Assembly: GCA_963808235.1 (NCBI GenBank)
Contig: CAWEEQ010000004.1
Span: 1,504,001-1,568,000, forward strand
Direction: 5' to 3'
DNA length: 64,000 nucleotides
Source of the DNA: an uncultured delta proteobacterium
Lineage (GTDB): Bacteria > Desulfobacterota > Binatia > Binatales > Binataceae
Part shown: positions 59,288 to 64,000 of the stretch, one piece after another
How positions within the stretch are numbered: the first letter of the stretch is position 1
Layout: each line of letters opens with the position of its first letter
Notes under the pieces: generated by a model
Database searches by the model: none
The model's input: the letters and a program-made list of their open reading frames with translations, nothing else
Told to the model about the DNA's origin: nothing
Translations under genes and position numbers: made by a program

Positions 59288-59510
59288 TTTACAAATTGTA
59301 GAAAAAATATTCAAGATGACTGAAATACCTACTGACTAGTATAGAAAATAGTCAAATAGACAACAGGTAGTATACTGTCTTTGCTCCTGACGAGTTAAAC
59401 TTGGTTGCGACTTGAAATACATGTCTATATCCAGTTGCCGCATTCTCTACATACGGCGCGCTTATGTCAAGTGTAATAGCGCTTCTATAGTTTCCTCTAA
59501 CCATTGAGTA
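59288..59510 (-). promoter_or_regulatory. Promoter TTGACA-N17-GAGAAT plus conserved leader (copy 2)
   Basis: -35 at 59465-59470, -10 at 59442-59447; block 59396-59436 is 35/41 identical to 57274-57314. Confidence 0.7.
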
Positions 59511-59812
59511 ATGGGCATTAACGCACATAGAGCGCCTCAAGACGACTTACTGCCGATTTGTGAGGGCTCCCTATTTGGAGCTTTGCGGAACATCGCCGGT
59601 GCGATCCACCCGGGCAAAGTGCAGGAAGAAGAATGGGTGAAAATGGCCGATTCTGGCTTGCCGAACCGAGCGCGAAACGGCAGTTTTATACCACCTATTG
59701 TGGTTTTGGGACGACTGGCATCTACGGGTAGGTCCGTTCCGTCAATTTCATTTCTCCGGACCTTCCGCGTACGACGCCAATGCGCGCATGGGTAAGGCTG
59801 AACAGTTCAGCC

Positions 59813-60558
59813 CTAACCGGATGAACCTGCGGCCGCGATGGCGGCGGGAAGGCTGAAGTTGCCCTCGTAGAGCGCCCTGCCGACGACCACTCCCACGACA
59901 CCATCGTCGAAGCGGGCGGCGAGACGTCGCGGATGTCGTCGAGACTCGACACTCCGCCCGACGCGATCACTGGCAATCGCGCCGCGGCGGCGATTTGGGC
60001 CATTCGGACCGCGTCGAGACCCGTTTCTGCGCCGTCGCGAGCGATATCGGTGACGATCGCGGCGGCGACGCCCGCCATCCGGAAGCGATCCGCCGCTTCG
60101 GCAACAGTCAGCGCGCTGGTCTCGACCCATCCTTTGATTGCAAGACGCCCGTCGCGAACGTCAATCGAGCCGAAGACGCGGCCCGGGAACTCGCTACACG
60201 CCCTCTTTAACAAAGCCGGGTCGAGAAACGCAGCCGAACCGATCGAGACGCGATCGGCGCCCGCCGCAACGACAGCGCGAATAGTCTCGATGGTGCGCAG
60301 CCCGCCGCTCACGTCGATGGCGCATCGCACCGCGGCACGAATTGCGGCGACCGCGTCGAGGTTTCGCGGCTCGCCGACAATCGCACCGTCGAGGTCAACT
60401 ATATGGATGAGCGCGGCGCCGTCATCTTCGAAGCGCCGCGCGGTCGCCGATGGATCGCCGCCATAATCGGTGACGCGGTTCATGTCGCCATGGAGCAGGC
60501 GCACGACGCGGCCGTCTTTCAGATCGATCGACGGAATAACGGTGAAAGTCTCGAACAC
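59813..60558 (-). CDS. hisA: ProFAR isomerase (frameshift ~59930)
   Basis: IPSIDLKDGRVVRL, HIVDLDGA, TDIARDG, IASGGV; C-terminal VVGRALY in a second frame. Confidence 0.9.
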
Positions 60559-60581
60559 TCGCCCGAGTTCTCGATGCGCTG

Positions 60582-61286
60582 TTAAGTTAGCGTGCCTTTG
60601 GTCGAGAGGACGCCCGACAAGCGCGGCTCGATTGCGGTCGCATGGTCCATCGCGCGCGCCAGCGCCTTGAAAGTCGCCTCGATAATGTGATGCGGATTGC
60701 GGCCGCTGACCAGGTTGAGGTGCAAGTTCATCCCGACCTCATCGGTCAGCGCTTTCATAAAGTCATGCACCAGCTCGGTCTGAAAATTGCCGACCCGCTC
60801 CTGGCTGATCGTAACGTTGTAGCCGAGGTACGAGCGCCCGCTTATATCGACGATTGCGGTGCATACCGCCTCGTCGAGCGGCACCGACGCCTCGCCGAAG
60901 CGCTTGATTCCACTGCGGTCGCCAAGCGCCTGGCGAAAGGCGCGGCCGAGCACGATCCCAACGTCTTCGACTGTGTGATGGTCATCTATATGCAAATCGC
61001 CCTTGGCCTCGACGATGAGATCGAAGAAACCGTGGCGGGCGAAGCTCTCGAGCATGTGATCGAGGAACGGGACGCCGGTCCTGGCCTCGCCGCGGCCGGA
61101 GCCGTCGAGCTTGAGTTCGACGGTGACCGAAGTCTCGCGCGTCTTTCGCTCGACCGCCGCGATTCGACGCGGAGTCGCGGCGACAGCCGATGCGATCGGC
61201 CGCGCGGCTGTCTTTTTACTACTCTGCAATCCGGTTTTGCGATTATTTTGCACTTCGATTCCTGCTTCGCGACTTTGCCTTGCCAT
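60582..61286 (-). CDS. hisB: Imidazoleglycerol-phosphate dehydratase
   Basis: RKTRET, FLDHML, DDHHTVED, NPHHIIE..FKA, STKG. Confidence 0.95.
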   Translation of the reverse strand: MARQSREAGIEVQNNRKTGLQSSKKTAARPIASAVAATPRRIAAVERKTRETSVTVELKLDGSGRGEARTGVPFLDHMLESFARHGFFDLIVEAKGDLHIDDHHTVEDVGIVLGRAFRQALGDRSGIKRFGEASVPLDEAVCTAIVDISGRSYLGYNVTISQERVGNFQTELVHDFMKALTDEVGMNLHLNLVSGRNPHHIIEATFKALARAMDHATAIEPRLSGVLSTKGTLT

Positions 61287-62586
61287 TCCCCACCCCGCTT
61301 CGCAGCTCCATCGCGCGCGCATGACCTTCGAATCCTTCCATCCGCGCAAGATGAGCGACCGCCGGTCCCAGCGCCGCGACGGCGCCCGTTGACGCCTCGA
61401 TTATACTGGTTCGCTTGAGAAAATCGTATGCACCCAGCGGCGACGCGAATCGCGCCGCGCCCCCAGTAGGCAGCACATGGTTGGGACCGGCAAGATAGTC
61501 GCCAAGCGGCGCGGGCGTGAGCGCGCCGAGGAACACGGCGCCGGCGGCCTTGACGTGCGGGAGCCATCGCGAAGGATGGCGGATCTCGAGCTCGAGATGC
61601 TCGGGTGCGATCTCATTGGCGAGATCGAAAGCTTCGTCGAGGTTGCGCACGACGACCATCGCGCCGCGCTTTCGGAGTGCGCCTTCGACCTGGCTGGCGC
61701 GGGGAAGATTCCTCAGTGCGCGTTCCGTGGCGTCGGCAACTTCGTTCGCAATTTTGGTTGACGGAGTCAGCAGGATAGCGGCCTCGTCGCCGGAACCGTG
61801 CTCGGCCTGCGCGATCAAGTCGGCGGCAATCCAATCCGGATTCGCGCCGTCGTCAGCAATCACCAGGACTTCGCTCGGGCCGGCCATCTTGTCGATATCG
61901 GTCACGCCATAGACCATTCGTTTCGCGGCTTGCACGAATGCGTTGCCGGGGCCAACGATTTTGTCGACTGGCGCGATAGTGTCGGTGCCATATGCGAGCG
62001 CGGCGACCGCATGCGCTCCGCCGACTCGATAAAACTCGTCGACGCCGGCGATTTCGGCGGCCGCCAGCACCGCGGGGCGGGCGCCTTCAGATGAAGGCGG
62101 CGAGACCATCACGATTTCGACGACGCCGGCGACCTTGGCGGGAATCGCGTTCATCAGCACCGACGATGGGTACGCGCCGAGACCGCCGGGTACATAAATT
62201 CCGACCCGGCGGAGCGGAGTCACCATCTGGCCGAGACGCATCCCAGCGCGGTCGCGGTAGATGAAAGACTTCTCGATCGTGCGCCGGTGAAACTCCGTGA
62301 TGCGGCGCGCGGCGAGTTCGAGCGCGCGGCGATCGTCGCGCGGGATCTGACTCAGCGCGGAGCGGCGTTCAGCGGGCGTGACGCGAATGGTCGCCGCGGT
62401 CAGCTTGACGCGGTCGAACTTCGCGGTGAAGTCGATCAGCGCGCGGTCGCCCAGCTTCCGGACGCGGTCGATAATCTTCGCGACAGTGCTATCGACAGCG
62501 TCGGAGTCGCCCCCGCGGCGCGCCAGGATCGTGGCCAGGAATTTTTTGAACTCGGGAGTTCGAGAGTTGAGAACGCGCGGCCTCAT
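61243..62586 (-). CDS. hisD: Histidinol dehydrogenase
   Basis: YVPGG, GPGN, AGPSE, QAEH, APEHLE, GDY.AGPNHVLPT. Confidence 0.95.
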   Translation of the reverse strand: MRPRVLNSRTPEFKKFLATILARRGGDSDAVDSTVAKIIDRVRKLGDRALIDFTAKFDRVKLTAATIRVTPAERRSALSQIPRDDRRALELAARRITEFHRRTIEKSFIYRDRAGMRLGQMVTPLRRVGIYVPGGLGAYPSSVLMNAIPAKVAGVVEIVMVSPPSSEGARPAVLAAAEIAGVDEFYRVGGAHAVAALAYGTDTIAPVDKIVGPGNAFVQAAKRMVYGVTDIDKMAGPSEVLVIADDGANPDWIAADLIAQAEHGSGDEAAILLTPSTKIANEVADATERALRNLPRASQVEGALRKRGAMVVVRNLDEAFDLANEIAPEHLELEIRHPSRWLPHVKAAGAVFLGALTPAPLGDYLAGPNHVLPTGGAARFASPLGAYDFLKRTSIIEASTGAVAALGPAVAHLARMEGFEGHARAMELRSGVGNGKAKSRSRNRSAK

Positions 62587-62595
62587 CGTGGCGAA

Positions 62596-63864
62596 CTATA
62601 CTTTCGAATCGTCGCGGACGCGCTCGATTCGTGCGCCAAGCTGCGAGAGCTTTGAGTCGAGCGCTTCGTAGCCGCGATCGAGATGATAGACGCGGCTCAA
62701 TTCGGTGGTGTTTGCGGCGGCGAGTCCCGCGATGATCAGACCCATGCTGGCGCGCAAGTCAGTCGCCATCACGGGCGCGCCGCTGAGTTTCGATGGGGCG
62801 CGCACCACGGCGGTGGGGCCCTTCATGACGATATCGGCGCCCATGCGGGCGAGTTCTTGCGCGTGCATGAATCGGTTCTCGAAAATCGTTTCGGTGATGA
62901 CCGAAGTGCCTTCGGCTTGCGTCAGCATCGCCATCATCTGCGCCTGGAGATCGGTCGGAAAGCCGGGATACGGCAGCGTGCGCAGCTCGACGGGTTGCAA
63001 TTTGCCGGCACGCGCGACGCGAAGGCCGCTGCCGTTGGACTCGACCGAGACGCCAGCCTCCCGCAGTTTGACTACGACCGCTTCGAGGTGCTCGACCGGG
63101 GCGTTCGAGATCGTCACGTCGCCGCCGGTGATCGCCGCCGCCGCCATCATGGAGCCGGCCTCGATTCGATCGGAGATGATCGCATGCTCACAGCCGTGGA
63201 GGCGCTCGACGCCTTCGATTTCGATCACGTGAGTGCCGGCGCCGGTAATTTTCGCGCCCATCCTGGCAAGCATTCGCGCAAGATCCTGAACTTCGGGCTC
63301 GCGCGCGGCGTTCTCGATCAAAGTGCGTCCGCGGGCGGTCACCGCGGCCATCAGGATATTCTCGGTGGCGCCGACCGACGGAGAGTCCAGCCAGATTCGC
63401 GCGCCGACCAATTTTTCCGCATGCGCCTCGACGTAGCCGTTACGAAACTGGATCTTGCTGCCGAGCGAGCGAATCCCCGAGATATGCAGATTCACCGGGC
63501 GCGCCCCGATCGCGCATCCGCCGGGAGTCGAAACCCGCGCGCGTCCCGTCCGCGCCAGCAAAGGACCCAGCACCACGAACGACGCGCGCATCGTCTTGAC
63601 CAGTTCGTACGACGCTTCGTGCGAGGTGACGTTGGATGCGCGAAGCTCGACTTCGTGCTCGCCGGTCCAGCGTGTCTCGACGCCCAACTGGGTGAGCAGG
63701 TCCATCGCGGTCTTCACGTCGCGAAGGCGCGGGACGTTGGTCAGTCTGATCGGGTCAACTGTGAGCAGCGACGCCATCATGATCGGCAAGGTGGCATTCT
63801 TGCTGCCGCTGAGCGCGACCGAGCCGCGCAGCGGCGCGCCGCCATGAATCATCATTTTATCCAT
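62596..63864 (-). CDS. murA: UDP-N-acetylglucosamine 1-carboxyvinyltransferase
   Basis: [40 protein letters not shown]. Confidence 0.96.
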   Translation of the reverse strand: MDKMMIHGGAPLRGSVALSGSKNATLPIMMASLLTVDPIRLTNVPRLRDVKTAMDLLTQLGVETRWTGEHEVELRASNVTSHEASYELVKTMRASFVVLGPLLARTGRARVSTPGGCAIGARPVNLHISGIRSLGSKIQFRNGYVEAHAEKLVGARIWLDSPSVGATENILMAAVTARGRTLIENAAREPEVQDLARMLARMGAKITGAGTHVIEIEGVERLHGCEHAIISDRIEAGSMMAAAAITGGDVTISNAPVEHLEAVVVKLREAGVSVESNGSGLRVARAGKLQPVELRTLPYPGFPTDLQAQMMAMLTQAEGTSVITETIFENRFMHAQELARMGADIVMKGPTAVVRAPSKLSGAPVMATDLRASMGLIIAGLAAANTTELSRVYHLDRGYEALDSKLSQLGARIERVRDDSKV

Positions 63865-63869
63865 GCTGA

Positions 63870-64000
63870 TTACCCCCGCCCTGCCGCGCGCACGACCCGC
63901 GGATGCCCCGCGAGATCGTTTAGCACAGAGACGACCCGCAATCCCGCCCGTTCGAAAATATCCGAGACCGCGGCGGCCTGGCCCGCGCCGACTTCGACTA
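63870..64000 (-). CDS. prmC: Release factor glutamine methyltransferase, C-terminal fragment (cut by window edge)
   Basis: EVGAGQA..V...DLAGHPRV; usual position upstream of murA. Confidence 0.8.
   Translation of the reverse strand, partial: VEVGAGQAAAVSDIFERAGLRVVSVLNDLAGHPRVVRAAGRG

Noticed and set aside
47725-59510. Diversity-generating retroelement or shufflon acting on the Tad array
   Set aside because: No reverse transcriptase, recombinase, TR/VR pair or inverted recombination sites seen; all cassettes are co-oriented

Overview
GC-rich bacterial chromosomal window. Gene order (alaC-hom-thrC-apgM-glpX; prmC-murA-hisD) looks deltaproteobacteria-like, possibly Candidatus Binatia (inference only). 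Isolated frameshifts in housekeeping genes (apgM-like, suhB, hisA) suggest uncorrected long-read indels. Core genes are interleaved with accessory blocks: (1) a 2650-bp IS1-family element (perfect 18-bp TIRs, 8-bp TSD) carrying a HicA/HicB-like pair whose antitoxin has a long hydrophobic tail plus a coupled third gene, a TAC-like layout with a partner too short for SecB; (2) a KaiC-like ATPase two-component operon with an AhpD-like-domain hybrid kinase; (3) a GrrA/OscA-type triceptide RiPP cluster (six WxN motifs, GrrM/OscB-type radical SAM/SPASM, unknown third gene); (4) REP-like mosaics and a 3x189-bp tandem repeat around dacA, with a strong local codon skew and a relic dacA duplication bracketing a PhyH gene that has a riboswitch-like leader; (5) a ~12-kb array of four TadG/TadE minor-pilin cassettes (A-B-B'-A') with an LtaS-like gene in the middle and a duplicated ~230-bp promoter/leader. 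One tRNA-Arg(CCG). No CRISPR array or rRNA seen. All assignments come from reading motifs; no database searches were run.
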